Shown: positions 13,661 to 27,302, counted from the first letter of the whole stretch. The stretch: DNA of 63,070 nucleotides, filler included, from Pirum gemmata (GCA_002812295.1; 28 parts of 28 records of this genome joined end to end with filler, not necessarily neighbours in it), one strand, 5' to 3'. The notes: generated from the letters alone by a model not told the origin. Numbers and translations: made by a program.

Positions 13661-14943
13661 AATAATATATAATGATTTCAATATAGAATTAACCAATATT
13701 AAACTCAAAAATCAAAAACTCAACTCAAAAAAAATTTGTTTTGCTGTAATAATTCTAATATAGAATCACAATTTTAAACTCAAATTTCAAATTTCAAACC
13801 AAATTTTTTGTTTTTTTTTGTTGAGAAAAAGAATAATTCAACTAAAGAATTACAATTGTAGTTGGGTTTTTTTTCTACGCTCAAAAACTCAAAAACTCAT
13901 TCAAAACTAAAAAACAACGTGGTATAACAAAATTCCAATATAAAATAATTACCATTAATTATACTATATTAATATTATTATTAGTGTATTGTTATTATTG
14001 TTATTGTTGTTATTGTTGTTATTGTTATTGTTGTTATTGTTATTGTTGTTATTGTTATTGTTATTGTTATTGTTGTTATTATTGTTGTTGTTGTTATTGT
14101 TATTGTTATTGTTATTGGTATAAGCACACAACATCTAGATATCTGTGGTCAAATTTAAGACTCACGTATATACATACACCAAAAGTAGTTTTACTTTATC
14201 CATCACATAAACATAAGAAAATTGAAAAAAGCAAATGAAAGTGTTTGTTGTTAATTTGTTGTATGTTGGAATAAGTGGCTGGATAAATTGTCGTTATTGT
14301 ACCATTGATCGCCCAAGTTATTATATTATATCATCATCTTCGTGGTTGTGGTTGTGGCTGCGGTTGTGGTTTGTGGTTTGTGGTTAGTAGTTTCTGGTTT
14401 GTGGTTTGTGGTTTGTGGTTTGTGGTTTATGTTTTGTGGTTGTGGTTTGCAGCTTGTAGTTTTTAGTTGTAGTTTTTAGTTGTGGTTGTAATTGTAATTG
14501 TAATTGTAATTGTAATTGTAATTGTAATTGTAATTGTAATTGTAATTGTAATTGTAATTGTAGTTTTAATAGTTGCATTTTCGCTTTGATTTATGTTTCT
14601 TACTCAATAGTTTTTTGTTTTTTTTGTTTTTTGTTTTTTGTTTTTTTTTTAACAGGGTTATTTTGTTAACCTAAATTTTGAGCTATANNNNNNNNNNNNN
14701 NNNNNNNNNNNNNNNNNNNNNNNNNNNNNNNTTAATTAATTAANNNNNNNNNNNNNNNNNNNNNNNNNNNNNNNNNNNNNNNNNNNNTTATTATTATTAT
14801 TATTATTATTATTCGTTATTATATTCAATATATTAGTATTGTTCTTTATTCATTTATTATTCATTATTATTCATTATTGCTCCTTTATTACTCCTTTATT
14901 ATTCATTATTATTCATTATTATTCATTTTATTGTTATAACCAG

Positions 14944-16584
14944 CACTCTGACAAACAAGGGGAACTTACCCGGGCCCTGGATTATAATGCTATTTGGGTA
15001 TCACTTGCCGAAATGTCTCAAAAGATACCCTACGGTAAGTTTAACTAGCAAAGAACAACAGAGCAAATCCAGAACCAGGATATATTTATAGCTTATTTAT
15101 CCTATTGTTTTTTATTATTGATAGTGTTGTCGTTAATATTGTTGTCCCTGGTTTTTGTCTTTTGTTACGATTGAGAACTCCATATTCACTTTATTATTCT
15201 ATTCTGTGACTCATGGTGTAGGTGTAAAGAAAGAAGAAATGTTACCAGCCATTACGAATTCCATGTGGTCTCTTCTCCGTAGAATTTCTGTAGATACAAA
15301 TTTAAGCCCGACATTTGTAAGTTTCACATCTCTTGCGTTGTTGTTTTTATCGGCGACCATTTTACTGTAACTCATTTTCTACTTGCTGTTTATTTATTTT
15401 GATAATTCGTTTTTTTATTATTCAAACAATTTATTTATTGTGCCTCTGTTTTTGCAATTTGTAACTTGTATTATCCAAATGTTTGTTTGATTGCCGATTA
15501 AAAAGTATTTTCTATGTTATTATATGTTATTTGCTTGATTCAAAAATTTATGGAATGTGGTGCTTTTATATTGGATCCTGATTATTATATATCAATTTGT
15601 TGTTGGGTGTTTTTTTTTTTAATATTTCTACAGAATCCTTCTTGTGAGGAAATCATATCGATCTGCCATTTGGTTCAATCTGAAATAGATGAATCACTCG
15701 TTCACATTGCTGGAATTTTGGGTATTGTTGGTACAACTCCAGCTGCTATAGGAGCTGCCAGTGTAAGTTATGTTTTTTCAAAATTGGTTAAGTAGATTAA
15801 CGACTATATACTTACAAAGTCTCTCTTATTATGTTTCTATAGTTTTAGTTTCATTTTGTAAATGTAGTTAACATTATTTTAATTTCTGATTTGATTCATT
15901 ACTGTCCTTAGAATATTGTTGAAGTTATGGTAATTTTGGTTAAAAACTCTAATGTGCTTATTGTTGCTGAGGCTTTGAATTCGATATTTGATTTATTTGC
16001 TGAACCTGAAACTAGTCAAGTAACAAGTCAATACGAACTTGGAAAGTTTTTGAAATCTCTCTTACCAAATCTCCAATCAAAGGTACTATTAACTTTTTTT
16101 AATGTGTAAAAGTCCTAACTGTGTATCGTTTGTCTGAATTATCTGTCATTCAAATGTTGTGAAAATAATAATACTGAAGAACATACTTAAAATTATATAT
16201 TCATTGTATTAACTTTGTGATTGTTTTTTACTTGCGAATGTTTCATTTTATCCAAACAGTAAACCATGTTGAGTAATCTGGTTTAGCTTAAATTATGTGT
16301 TGATTTTTTCTTTCGTTTTTGTTTTTTCTTGACAATTTAGCTATTATAATTTTGTTTCCTATCTCATCTCCACCATACTTTGATTACATTTCATATTCAA
16401 AGCATTGTACCTAAGAAATGGTTTATTTATTTATGTATTATTATTGATTGATTGATTTATTAATTGAGTAATTGGTATATAGATACGGAGAAAAGACTAT
16501 GGCGTAATTTCAAATGACGATATTGGACGTATAAAGGAATCTACATTAAATTTAAAGAGATTCTTACAGTATAAAGAAAATCAG
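14944..16584 (+). CDS. HEATR3: HEAT repeat protein, HEATR3/Syo1-like, C-terminal exons (14944-15034, 15222-15316, 15634-15762, 15912-16082, 16483-16584)
   Basis: The spliced product contains IVAEALNSIFDLFAE...LKSLLPNLQSKIRRK...IKESTLNLKRFLQYK. All junctions are GT-AG and phase-compatible. Confidence 0.8.
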
Positions 16585-16635
16585 GTTTGTGCTATTATTA
16601 GTCGTATTATCAGCAGCATTATCATTATCATTATT

Positions 16636-16669
<34 letters not shown>

Positions 16670-16916
16670 CCATTATTATTATCATTATTCATTATTCATT
16701 ATTCATTTATCACTATCACTATCACTATCACTGTCATTGTTACTATCATCATCATTATCATTATCATCATCATTATAATTATTATTATTATTATTATTAT
16801 TNNNNNNNNNNNNNNNNNNNNNNNNNNNNNNNNNNNNNNNNNNNNTTAATTAATTAANNNNNNNNNNNNNNNNNNNNNNNNNNNNNNNNNNNNNNNNNNN
16901 NTGCGCACTCGCTACA

Positions 16917-17136
16917 GATGCGGAAAAATTATCAAATCGAGACTGGTTTGAAATTTTCGAAATTTTTCGATTTAATTAAAGGATTGACTCGATTTTGATT
17001 TTCATTAAAAAATTCTAAAAGATTCATAGACATTTCATAGAAAAACTTGAAACTCGAAAAAACAAATATCAATTCATAATTGTCACTATTGAATAATTAA
17101 AATCGAGCTGTTTGATTTGATTATGATTTCCCGCAT
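16917..17136 (-). mobile_element. MITE-like family B copy
   Basis: Reverse complement of the 52556-53174 units, with imperfect TIRs GATGCGGAAAAA.../...TTTCCCGCAT. Confidence 0.75.
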
Positions 17137-18934
17137 TTTTTTTGACATACAATAACTAATATGGTGCAAACAACTAAAAAAACGCCCAACTTTCGGGATT
17201 TGTTACAATTTTCAAACAAAGTAAAATAATAAGTATTTAATAGGTTTGAAAATTTCGATCATGTTAAATAAAAAAAGGTGGGGCTAAAAAAAAGTAGGAA
17301 GTTTTTTGAGTGTTGTCTATTTTAGTCTATGATATCATATAAAAAAAAAAAAAAACTAAAAAAAAAAACATTTTTCCCGGAAGTTTCAAATACGCAGGGA
17401 ATAATAAAAATGGCCTCAAACATACGCAGGGATATGTTTTATAATACATTTATTATAAAAAGACAGCAGGGAGTGCCGGTATTTTGTTAATAGTAGCTTA
17501 ACTTAATTCCGGGGGGTTATAAAAAGTGAATATAATTTTTTCTGATATTTTTTTCGGTGAGTAATAGTATCATAATTGTATAGTAATAGTAATAACTATA
17601 GTAAGGGTTAGGGTTAGGGTTAGGGTTAGGGTTAGGGTTAGGGTTATGTGATGTTAATAGTAATTTATTGTTATTATATTGTTGTCATTGTTTTATTGTT
17701 ATAGTTGATATCAGTGTTTTTGTCATTATAATTGTTATTGTTATGGTTATGATTATGGTTATGGTTATGGTTATGGTTATGGTTATGGTTATGGTTATGG
17801 TTATGGTTATTGGGATTGGTATACGTGTTGTTATTGTTATTGTTGTTGTTATTATTACATAGTATTATTAATATTATATATTGTTATTGTTATTGTTGGA
17901 TAATTTTATTGATATAGTTAGTGTTATAATATTCTTGCTGTTGTTTTATTTTTGTTGTTGTTTGTTATTGTGTTTGTTGGTGTTTTTATTGTTGGTGTTT
18001 TTATTGTTGGTGTTTGTTGCTGTTGGTGTTTGTTGTTGTTTTTGTTGAACATTTTACTCATATTGTGTTTTGTTTTTGTTTGCTTGTTTGTGTTAATTTT
18101 TGTGCATAGTTTGTGTGTTTGTGTGGTTGTTTGTTGTTGTTTGTTGTTTGTTGTTTTGTTGTTGTAGTAGCTATAGTATTGTTGGTTTCTTTGTAAATTT
18201 GAATAAAGAATCTTCCATAAAGGACGTCGCCTAATCTTACCTATGCCTCTTTGCCCAAAACACTTTTGGTCATGATTTTAAAGTTCAATCAAATAATTAA
18301 TTACTGCCTAAAACAGTTTAAGTCACACTTTCGAGCAATGACTTTTATCAAAGAATAAGTGATAGACTCTACTAGCTAGCTAGAGTAGTAAAAAATAGTT
18401 TAAAAAATTAAGTATTAAAAAATTACCTTATAAATCGGAAGCAGACTTTTTTTGTTATCAGATGAATATTATAAGCTTTCAGATTGAAATCTACGCCATT
18501 TAAATGGCAATCTAGAAAAAAGGTACGTCATTAATGAACAGTTCTGCCCCCGATATCGTTTATTTCATTACAAGTGAAGTGTCCTCTCAATCTTTAATTG
18601 GGTACAGTTTAAGTGTTTAATTGTACCTTTTTATAAAATAAAACATAAGATATAAAATACCAAATAAATTAAAACATGTCCGATAGTTTAACCATAATAA
18701 TAATTTGGTATGTTTTATTTCAGTTTTTGAACTAGACAACACTGAAAAAAAAAAAAAGCAAACATTCTAGACTACCTGTGGCTGTTGGGCAGAATGAGAA
18801 GATTAGACTATTATGATATTATACTACTACTACTACAGTTACACTACTACTACNNNNNNNNNNNNNNNNNNNNNNNNNNNNNNNNNAATACCAATATCAA
18901 TAACAATATCAAAGCCAATACCAATAACATTGCC

Positions 18935-18966
<32 letters not shown>

Positions 18967-19241
18967 GTTGTCATCTATATTCGGGTATTTATTTTTTTAT
19001 TTAATTATGCCCATATGATAAAAAAAAATATATTATGTATGATACCAGTATGTAGACCCATGTAGTATCGATAATATTTTTTTTGGCGTACGTTAGCCAT
19101 AGCCAGCCAGCCAGCTACTAACCAGCTAGAGCTACTATTATCACCCTTCAAGTCCTTGATAACTATGATATTTCTTTTTCAGTTCTTTTTCCTGGGGTTT
19201 TTGTATCATACTGTTTTTGTATGATAGCATAATATCGTATC

Positions 19242-19422
19242 GTGATTTTCATTTATTTTGTCACTCTGAATATTTATTTGGAGGGTTATAATATTTAAAT
19301 TATCATTTTTAAATCAATACATAGATAATAAAATTTACCAAATTAAATTAAATGGGTTTATATTTTATTAATTTGGTACTATTTATTATATACTTTATGA
19401 TGTCAAAACAACTGAAAAGTAC
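19242..19422 (+). mobile_element. MITE family A copy (181 bp)
   Basis: GTGATTTTCATTTATTTTGTCACTCTGAATATTTATTTGGAGGGTT...CAACTGAAAAGTAC. Confidence 0.85.
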
Positions 19423-20040
19423 ATTATTCGTATAGTCACATTTTTAAAATAGACTACCTCACATAGACTACGAAAGAGTGGAAAAAGCGGGAAAAAAACC
19501 GGTTAGAGTTCGGTTAGATAGACAGACTATTTCGAACAAGAAGAAAAAAATTCCTTGTTACTACTAGCTACTACTAGAGGCTACTCTAGTAGAGTCCAGA
19601 CTAGCTAGCTAGGGGCTTTCGTCAGCCTTTTGTCACTGAGATTTCAAACTTGGGTGGGTGGGTTTTTTTATGATCGAAATCGTTTTATCTATAGTCTATA
19701 TTATTATATAGACTTTTGTAAACATTTTTTTTTATTTTTATCTAGCCTACACTAACTAGCTAGCTAGCTAGATGAAGTTGAAGTGTGATTTATTTATGAT
19801 ATTATTATAAATAAATGATTATTACTCTATCAAAACACACACAAATAAAAATACTGGTACTAGAACTATTGTACAACATCATAGGCAGTAGTAAATTTCT
19901 CTTTTCCTTTTTTTATTCTTGTTGTTTTATACATTAAAATTACCTTTTGTTTTTTTTGGAACGGAACTCTGGTGAAAGTAAAAGTTAAATTTTAAAGGAA
20001 ACCAAAGTGAAAGTTAACAGCTGCAAAAACAACTCCGAAA

Positions 20041-20124
20041 ATGTCTGGGTACGTAGAAGTTTCCACCGATCAACACCTACGTTGCTTACAAAGTTATGGC
20101 GTTTTGTCCTGTAACTTGAATGAG
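20041..20124 (+). CDS. Possible first exon of an unknown gene
   Basis: MSGYVEVSTDQHLRCLQSYGVLSCNLNE, then GAG|GTATTA and microsatellite-rich intron-like sequence. Confidence 0.35.
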
Positions 20125-20257
20125 GTATTATTATACAGCAAAACAACAACATCAACAACAGCACTTATTATTATCATTATTACTATTATTATCACGATTA
20201 ATATTAATACTACCATTTATTATTATCATTATAATTATAATTATCATTATAATTATA

Positions 20258-20289
<32 letters not shown>

Positions 20290-20599
20290 CATTATCATTA
20301 TTATCATTNNNNNNNNNNNNNNNNNNNNNNNNNNNNNNNNNNNNNNNNNNNNTTAATTAATTAANNNNNNNNNNNNNNNNNNNNNNNNNNNNNNNNNNNN
20401 NNNNNNNNGTTCGAATCGTTTAACACATTCATTTATGTAATTTTTCTGGTGAATAAAAACTCCATCTGCAATGTATTGAGCCGGCAGTGGTTTTTTTTAA
20501 AAAAAAAAAAAAGTTTTTAAGTAATAATTACTTTTCTTCCACACAGCCAAAAAAATTAAAAAGACATTTACAGAAAGGTATGGAACTCACAACTCATAC

Positions 20600-21078
20600 G
20601 GTATTTTCGGCAACATTGGTGATAACAGAATTACCAGTATAATATTTAACTTCCTTTCCAGTTAAGCTTGTAGTGTCCACACTGGTAGCATCTCTGTTTT
20701 TGTATATATGAACACAAACACAAACGCAAACACAAACACAAACACAAACACAAACACACAAACAAACAAACACAAACCCAAACAAACAAACAGACACACA
20801 AACAGACACACAGCCACACAGCCACACAGCCACACAGCCACACAGACACACAGACACAGGCACAGACACACACACACANNNNNNNNNNNNNNNNNNNNNN
20901 NNNNNNNNNNNNNNNNNNNNNNNNNNNNNNNNNNNNNNNNNNNNNNNNNNNNAATAATAATAATAATAATAATATTAAGTGAAATAATAATAGTAAAGAC
21001 AATATACATTGAATAAACTGCTACATCGTGATGTTTCAGCACTTGCGAATTTAACAATCGACGAGAAATTCTCAACAT
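20600..21078 (-). CDS. First two exons (21078-21008, 20693-20600) of an unknown protein with a possible mitochondrial presequence
   Basis: A phase-2 GT-AG join gives MLRISRRLLNSQVLKHHDVAVYSIDATSVDTTSLTGKEVKYYTGNSVITNVAENT, followed by a GTATGA donor. Confidence 0.5.
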
Positions 21079-21212
21079 CTCATTTCTATTCCACAAGGAT
21101 AATTTGAAAGTTTTTTAGGTATGTTATACGGTGTACAGCATACCATTAGTAGTGGTTAGACCCTAATCGTTAGCATAAACTGGAGGTATTTTAGTTATTA
21201 TTATTATTATTA

Positions 21213-21243
<31 letters not shown>

Positions 21244-21331
21244 CGTTTTCGCAAATCGTGATGTATTATTATTTTTATTTATATTTACATAAATTATCTC
21301 CTTCACAAGTATTATTATTGTTATTGCATTA

Positions 21332-21369
<38 letters not shown>

Positions 21370-21773
21370 AAAAATTAATATGTATATGCTTACATACTCA
21401 TAAATGTAAATTACCAATTTCTTTAGGTTTGTAATCGATAGTCGAAACACTGTCGAAACTTTAGTTAGAGGTCGAACTAGTAGTAGTAGACTAGCTACTA
21501 GCTAGCTAGCTAGTCTAGCTAGAGACTACCAGTATTTTTGAAGTCCTTAGACTCAGTCAGAAAATAAATTGGATAGCGTTTGAGCTATTAAAAAAACGAC
21601 TAATTACATGTAATATTTTTTCTTGGTAGTTTAAAAAAGAATTAGGTGCAAAAATAACATTTCAGGAGCGCTACTCGAAGTGGGTTCCACAAGTGTTCCA
21701 CAAGTTTCGAACATAAAACAATGAACTTTTGAACTAATGAATTGTAATGAAACTTTCACCTCTCTAAACTGTC

Positions 21774-21954
21774 GTGCTTTTCATTTATTTTGTCACTCCG
21801 AATATTTATTTGGTTGTTTATAATATTTAAATTGATACTTTTAAATAAATAAATATATAATAAATTATTCCAAATTAAATTAAATGGATCTATATTTTAT
21901 TAATTTGGTATTCTTTATTGTATACTTTATGATGACAAAACAACTGAAAAGCAC
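21774..21954 (+). mobile_element. MITE family A copy, complete (181 bp)
   Basis: Perfect 10-bp TIR GTGCTTTTCA...TGAAAAGCAC. Confidence 0.9.
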
Positions 21955-23104
21955 TAGACCCTTTTTTAAAATAATTTTTAAAATTAAAAAAAAAAAATAA
22001 AAAACACAACATTAGACTACATGAATCTAGCTAGTAGTAGTAGACTATCATTTTTTCGCTTCAGTGCAATGCATATAAATACTATATAAATAATGATATC
22101 ATTTTGGCAGAGGAAAAAATTCACAACCACCTAAATTTTAGGTGGCCGCAATTGGTGACCGAATGAAAAAAAAAAAAAAAAAAAAGGGAACTTAGGGTTT
22201 ATACAAATAATAATAATTGGTTGATTTGTTAACTTTAGTCATATCATATTAGATTGTATTAGTTCATTTTTTCTTCCTTTTTGTTATACTTCTGCCAGTT
22301 GCCAGTTGCCACTTAACAAAATTCAGGAACACCAATTAGACCTACAAAGGGTTCCTAAAAAATGTATATATATGTAATATACTAGTTATGATGCTGCTAA
22401 CTTTGAGGCTAACTTTGCTACTACTAGCTAGAACTTTGCTAAGTGCTACTACGCTTAGTTCACTACTAACCAACCAGTAGACTAAGTTCACTACTCTCTC
22501 TAGCTAGCTTACTAGTATTCATAGTAGCTATGACATCATGATAACCCTAACCCTAACCCTAACAGATAATATTGATATTACTGGCCAAAGTAGAAGTATC
22601 TGATAAAATTATTAAAAATTTTTATTATAATGACTAGTTGAGGTTGAATAAAGATCATTCATAATAATATTATTATATATATCATATACTTATCGCAGTA
22701 TATACATATATATGTTTATAGCATGTATTTATTAATTAATATAATAAATAATAAATCATAATAGATTTATATGATAGCTTTTAAAAAAAAAAAAAAAACC
22801 AGCTTAGACGTGGAGGCTTGGACTACTACTACTACTAGCTAGTATCGATACTAGCTAGCTGATTCTAACGGCTTCTAACTAGAAACTAGAGCTAGAGCCA
22901 AACCGTTTTTTAAATTTATTATGATAATATTATAATAAACGCTCGAATGGGGTTATTTGAATTGGCTCCTTTTTTTTTTTTTTTTNNNNNNNNNNNNNNN
23001 NNNNNNNNNNNNNNNNNNNNNNNNNNNNNTTAATTAATTAANNNNNNNNNNNNNNNNNNNNNNNNNNNNNNNNNNNNNNNNNNNNTAATAATAATAATAA
23101 ATAT

Positions 23105-23975
23105 ATAAATAAATATAAAAAAAAGCGACCCCCTCCCCTTTTTTTTTGGACTTGTTTGACTAATTTATTTTAGAGGTCCAAAGAAAGAGGGAATGCGTAT
23201 GACGTCATAAATAACTATCACTTCACTTTTTAAAAAAAATCCATTCTTATCATCTAACAAAAGTTTTTACTAATGATGACGTCATACTTTTAGCTTCTTA
23301 CTGATATCGTGTTTTTCATTTTTCAATAGTGTTGTCCAGTTCAAAAACTGAAATAAACGTACCAATAATAATTAATAATAATTGATAATAATTAATAATA
23401 AATAAATGTGTAAAAAAAGCGCCCCCTCCCCCCCTTTTTTTTGGACTTGTTAGACTAATTTATTTAAGAGGTCCAAAGTAAGAGGGTAATGTGTATGACG
23501 TCATAAATAAATAATTATTTTAAAAATATTTCCCTGCCCGCCTTTTATTAATTATGTATATTATATTGTATTTTATTGTATTATATTGTATAGCATTGTA
23601 TTGTATTGTATCGTATTTTAATTGTATTATATTGTAGTAATATACTGTATTGTATTGTATTGTATTGTATTGTGTTGTGTTGTGTTGTGTTGTGTTGTGT
23701 TGTGTTGTGTTGTGTTGTATTGTATTATATTATATTGTATTGCATTGTATTGCATTGTATTTTAATTGTATTGTATTGTATTGTATTGTATTTTAATTGT
23801 ATTATATTGTAGTAATATGTTGTATTGTATTGTGCTGTGTTGTGCTGTGTTGTGTTGTGTTGTATTGTGTTGTATTGTATTGTATTGTATTGTATTGTAT
23901 TGTATTATATATTGTATTATATTAATACTTTATACATGCATTGCATAATCGTCATACTTATTAGCCTCTTACTAA
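23105..23975. mobile_element. Family C modules (GAGGTCCAAAGTAAGAGG...ATGACGTCA), duplicated and split by a pentamer microsatellite
   Basis: 23120-23215 is repeated at 23415-23510. Inverted ends lie at 23275-23302 and 23950-23973. Homologous to 28308-28586. Confidence 0.65.
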
Positions 23976-24023
23976 TAAATAAATATAAAAAACCGGGATG
24001 ACGCCATTTCATTAATTTCCATT

Positions 24024-24254
24024 TTACCTTCTACGGTTATTTTTATTTCTATTTCTATTGTTCCCGCTTTTAGGTTTGCCACCCCCACTACCCCCACCAC
24101 CTTTAACCTTGGTATCTATAGTTATTCTGCTACTCAGCCTACTACTAACGTTCAAAGAAGCATCTTTATTATTATTATTATTATTATTACCACGATTTTT
24201 ATTTGTATTAAAACGTGGTTTAGTATTACGTTTATTATTATCAGATTTATCCGA

Positions 24255-24312
<58 letters not shown>

Positions 24313-25072
24313 CGTCTATCACTAGACTTACTACGACGATTTCGATTATCATAATCATTGTCATTACATTGTCGTTTAGAATAATAACGGTCACCATCTT
24401 CATAAGGGGCAGAGCGTTTATTATTATCATTATTACTATGATGATTTCGGTCATAATTATCATAAGAGCCTCGTCGGTCATAATCTTCAGAGTTTCGATT
24501 CGAATAGCGCTCATCACCGCCCCTTTCGTGACTGTAACTACGATCATCGTAACGGTCATTATGATTGCCGTTATTGGAGTTTCGATCATAGTTTCGGTCA
24601 TAATCTCGGCCGCCATGGTCCGGGTTTCGGTCATGGTTCCGGGCATCGTGATCTTGGTTACCATTTCGATCACCATTTCGATCATAGTTTCGATCGTAGT
24701 TTCCGCCACCATTTCGGTCATTGTTTCGGTCATCGTAATTTCGGTCATCGTTTCGGTCATCGTAATTTCGGTCATTGTTTCGGTCATCGTAATTTCGGTC
24801 ATTGTTTCGGTCATCGTAATTTCGTTCATTGTTTCGGTCATCGTAATTTCGGTCATTGTTTCGGTTATCATAATTTCGGTTATCATTTCGGTCATAACCG
24901 CGATCGTCATAATTACGACCACGATCATTATAATCGTTTCCGTTAAAACTTCGATTATTATTATTATTATTACGGTGATTATTACTATTATTATTATTAT
25001 TATTATTATTCTTATTATTATTATTAATGTTTTTGTTATTATTATAATTTTTATTATTATTATTATTATTAT
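24024..25072 (-). CDS. Low-complexity Arg/Asp/Asn/Tyr-rich protein, C-terminal part (about 349 codons, 5'-partial)
   Basis: A stop-free frame not in the ORF track because it has no ATG. It has RNYDDRNND 9-aa repeats and ends KGGGGSGGGKPKSGNNRNRNKNNRRR-TAA. Confidence 0.75.
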
Positions 25073-26014
25073 NNNNNNNNNNNNNNNNNNNNNNNNNNNN
25101 NNNNNNNNNNNNNNNNTTAATTAATTAANNNNNNNNNNNNNNNNNNNNNNNNNNNNNNNNNNNNNNNNNNNNATATATATATTCGAGTTAACATTTTAAA
25201 AACCGTTTTTGGCTAACTTTTTGTTTATTGTTTGTTGACACAACAAACCAGGTCTACTTAGAGTAGGACCGTAATGACCCGTCAATTTTTTTTTCATTTG
25301 ATTGTAACTTTGGATAGAATCAAGCTACAGGCTCGAGTTGTGCCGAAATCCAACGTTTGATACCCTCTTTCTGTATAATTTAATATTATTTCAATGAACC
25401 AATGATATCTGTAAGCCTATAAACAATTACTTTTATATCTGTTTTTTCATCAAAAACCGTACAGTCCCGGAATATACCAAAATAAAAATAAATCAGCAGA
25501 CTACATATTTATGGATCAAAATGTGCAAATTAATAGTCTAAAAATATTTATATTTATAAGTTTTTTTTAAAACTTATATATATATATAAGTAAACAAAGA
25601 GTTGTCCGAATTCAAAAATTCAAAAGGTAAAACTTACTCTGACGAATTGTTTCCGACCATTATTTTATTTCTTTTTATAATAAACTTTACACCAATGAAG
25701 TTGTTTATATAGAACATTGCTTTTAAAAAATACTAATCAATCAATCAACAAATGTTTTTTTTTTTTTTTTCGACCAGTAGTCTACAAAACATGTTCGATA
25801 ATGGTTTTTTTACTCGATCCGAACCGAACCAAAATTACTATACGGTCCTACTCTATTGTACAAATCTGCCAATTTCGGCATAATTTTTGTTATCAGAACT
25901 ACATATTGTTACTATTGTTACTACCTCAGTCAGAGTATTGATAGTTTTGTAGAGAATGTTTTGGTGGGGTGGCAAGGGTAGAGCGTATTTGCTGGGGTAA
26001 AGTGTATGAAATTT

Positions 26015-26086
26015 TGCGAGTGAAGAGAATCGAACTCCTATCTCAACGGTCACAACGTTGTGTACTAACCATTATACGACACCCGC
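26015..26086 (-). tRNA. tRNA-His(GUG)
   Basis: GCGGGTG TC GTAT-AATGGTTA-GTAC A CAACG-TTGTGAC-CGTTG AGAT AGGAG-TTCGATT-CTCTT CACTCGC A. All four stems pair. No G-1 or CCA is encoded. Confidence 0.92.
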
Positions 26087-26131
26087 TCGGGATGAAGCGT
26101 TGCTTTTGGTTATTTTTTTATTTATTATTAA

Positions 26132-27058
26132 GGGCTGCGAAGTGGAAGAAAGCAATACCAATCGAAAATCGATGGAAATGCCAAACACTTAAGTCCTAGT
26201 AAAGCGGTTTTCCTAAAGTTTTCATTACAAGAAAATGGTATCGATATGGTTAAGAAATTTGAGAATTTAAACGGAAAACTATCCATTGAAATGACTAATG
26301 AAGTCAAAGAAAACATAGAAGAAATTTTGTTTTTTGATATCTTCAACAAAAAAAAATTTTGCTATGAGTGTAAAAGGGTCCATTCGATGTACGACACAGA
26401 AACTTGTATCAAAGAAAACCCCAAGGCAGCAAGTGCAAACAACAATAATTGTTACGAACAAATTCCTAAAGAAAAAGAATGGAGTCAGGTAAAAGTTTCT
26501 AATAAAGGCAAAATTCAAGATGTAGCCCTTAAAAATCAAAAGTTTCAGTCTACAAACAGTTTCAGTTCGCTACAGTTTGACGAGATAGACAATAGAATTC
26601 ATCCAGCTATACATATTGAGTCTCCTGACCCCCCATACAAAAGAATCAAACAAAATGGCAGCAAATCTAAAAGTACGGCTATTAACTTACCAGAAATAAG
26701 AAAAAAATTGATCGAAGTGGAGAATAGTGAATTGGCCAAGGCAATTCAACGAGCAAAGGCTGAAAAGAAGGAATCAGAATCAAAAGCAATCATAAAAAAA
26801 AACAAGGATGAGGAAAACAAAAATGCGATCACCGGGTTGAGTATTTCTGTAGTTGATGATATTGATTCAGAAAAGTCACAAAGTTTATCATTACTAAATT
26901 TCCACGATCCTTCAATTGGAAAATGTGAAAGCAACTACAACTTCTGCATTAAAAATCAATCAAATAAGAACAACGTCATAAATATGAACAACGATGGCTA
27001 CCCAAATGAAGCAACAAATAGACCAACGGATAGCCAAGATGGTAAGTTAAATGTCTAA
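26132..27058 (+). CDS. LINE ORF1 (zinc-knuckle-like)
   Basis: Frame is open from 26132 with no initiating ATG until 26246. It has a CYECKRVHSMYDTETC knuckle followed by a basic, disordered tail. Confidence 0.75.
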   Translation, partial: GLRSGRKQYQSKIDGNAKHLSPSKAVFLKFSLQENGIDMVKKFENLNGKLSIEMTNEVKENIEEILFFDIFNKKKFCYECKRVHSMYDTETCIKENPKAASANNNNCYEQIPKEKEWSQVKVSNKGKIQDVALKNQKFQSTNSFSSLQFDEIDNRIHPAIHIESPDPPYKRIKQNGSKSKSTAINLPEIRKKLIEVENSELAKAIQRAKAEKKESESKAIIKKNKDEENKNAITGLSISVVDDIDSEKSQSLSLLNFHDPSIGKCESNYNFCIKNQSNKNNVINMNNDGYPNEATNRPTDSQDGKLNV

Positions 27059-27152
27059 TTCAAATTCTTATAGAATATCAACTTACAATGTTAACGGCTT
27101 TAAGAGTAGTAATGAAAAACAAGAAGCCGTACTAAATTTTGTAAATAATGAT
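27051..27152 (+). CDS. LINE ORF2 N-terminus, APE endonuclease
   Basis: MSNSNSYRISTYNVNGFKSSNEKQEAVLNFV matches the IxTxNVNG first APE motif. It overlaps ORF1 by 8 nt. Confidence 0.85.
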
Positions 27153-27302
27153 NNNNNNNNNNNNNNNNNNNNNNNNNNNNNNNNNNNNNNNNNNNNTTAA
27201 TTAATTAANNNNNNNNNNNNNNNNNNNNNNNNNNNNNNNNNNNNNNNNNNNNAATAAGTAAATTATATATTGGGTTTAATTCATTATTGTTTATATTTAT
27301 AG

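Larger units (their letters stand above)
26132..27152 (+). mobile_element. Non-LTR retrotransposon (L1/Tx1-like), 5'-truncated, cut by the scaffold end
   Basis: A gag-like ORF1 overlaps an ORF2 that begins with an APE endonuclease motif. Confidence 0.85.
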
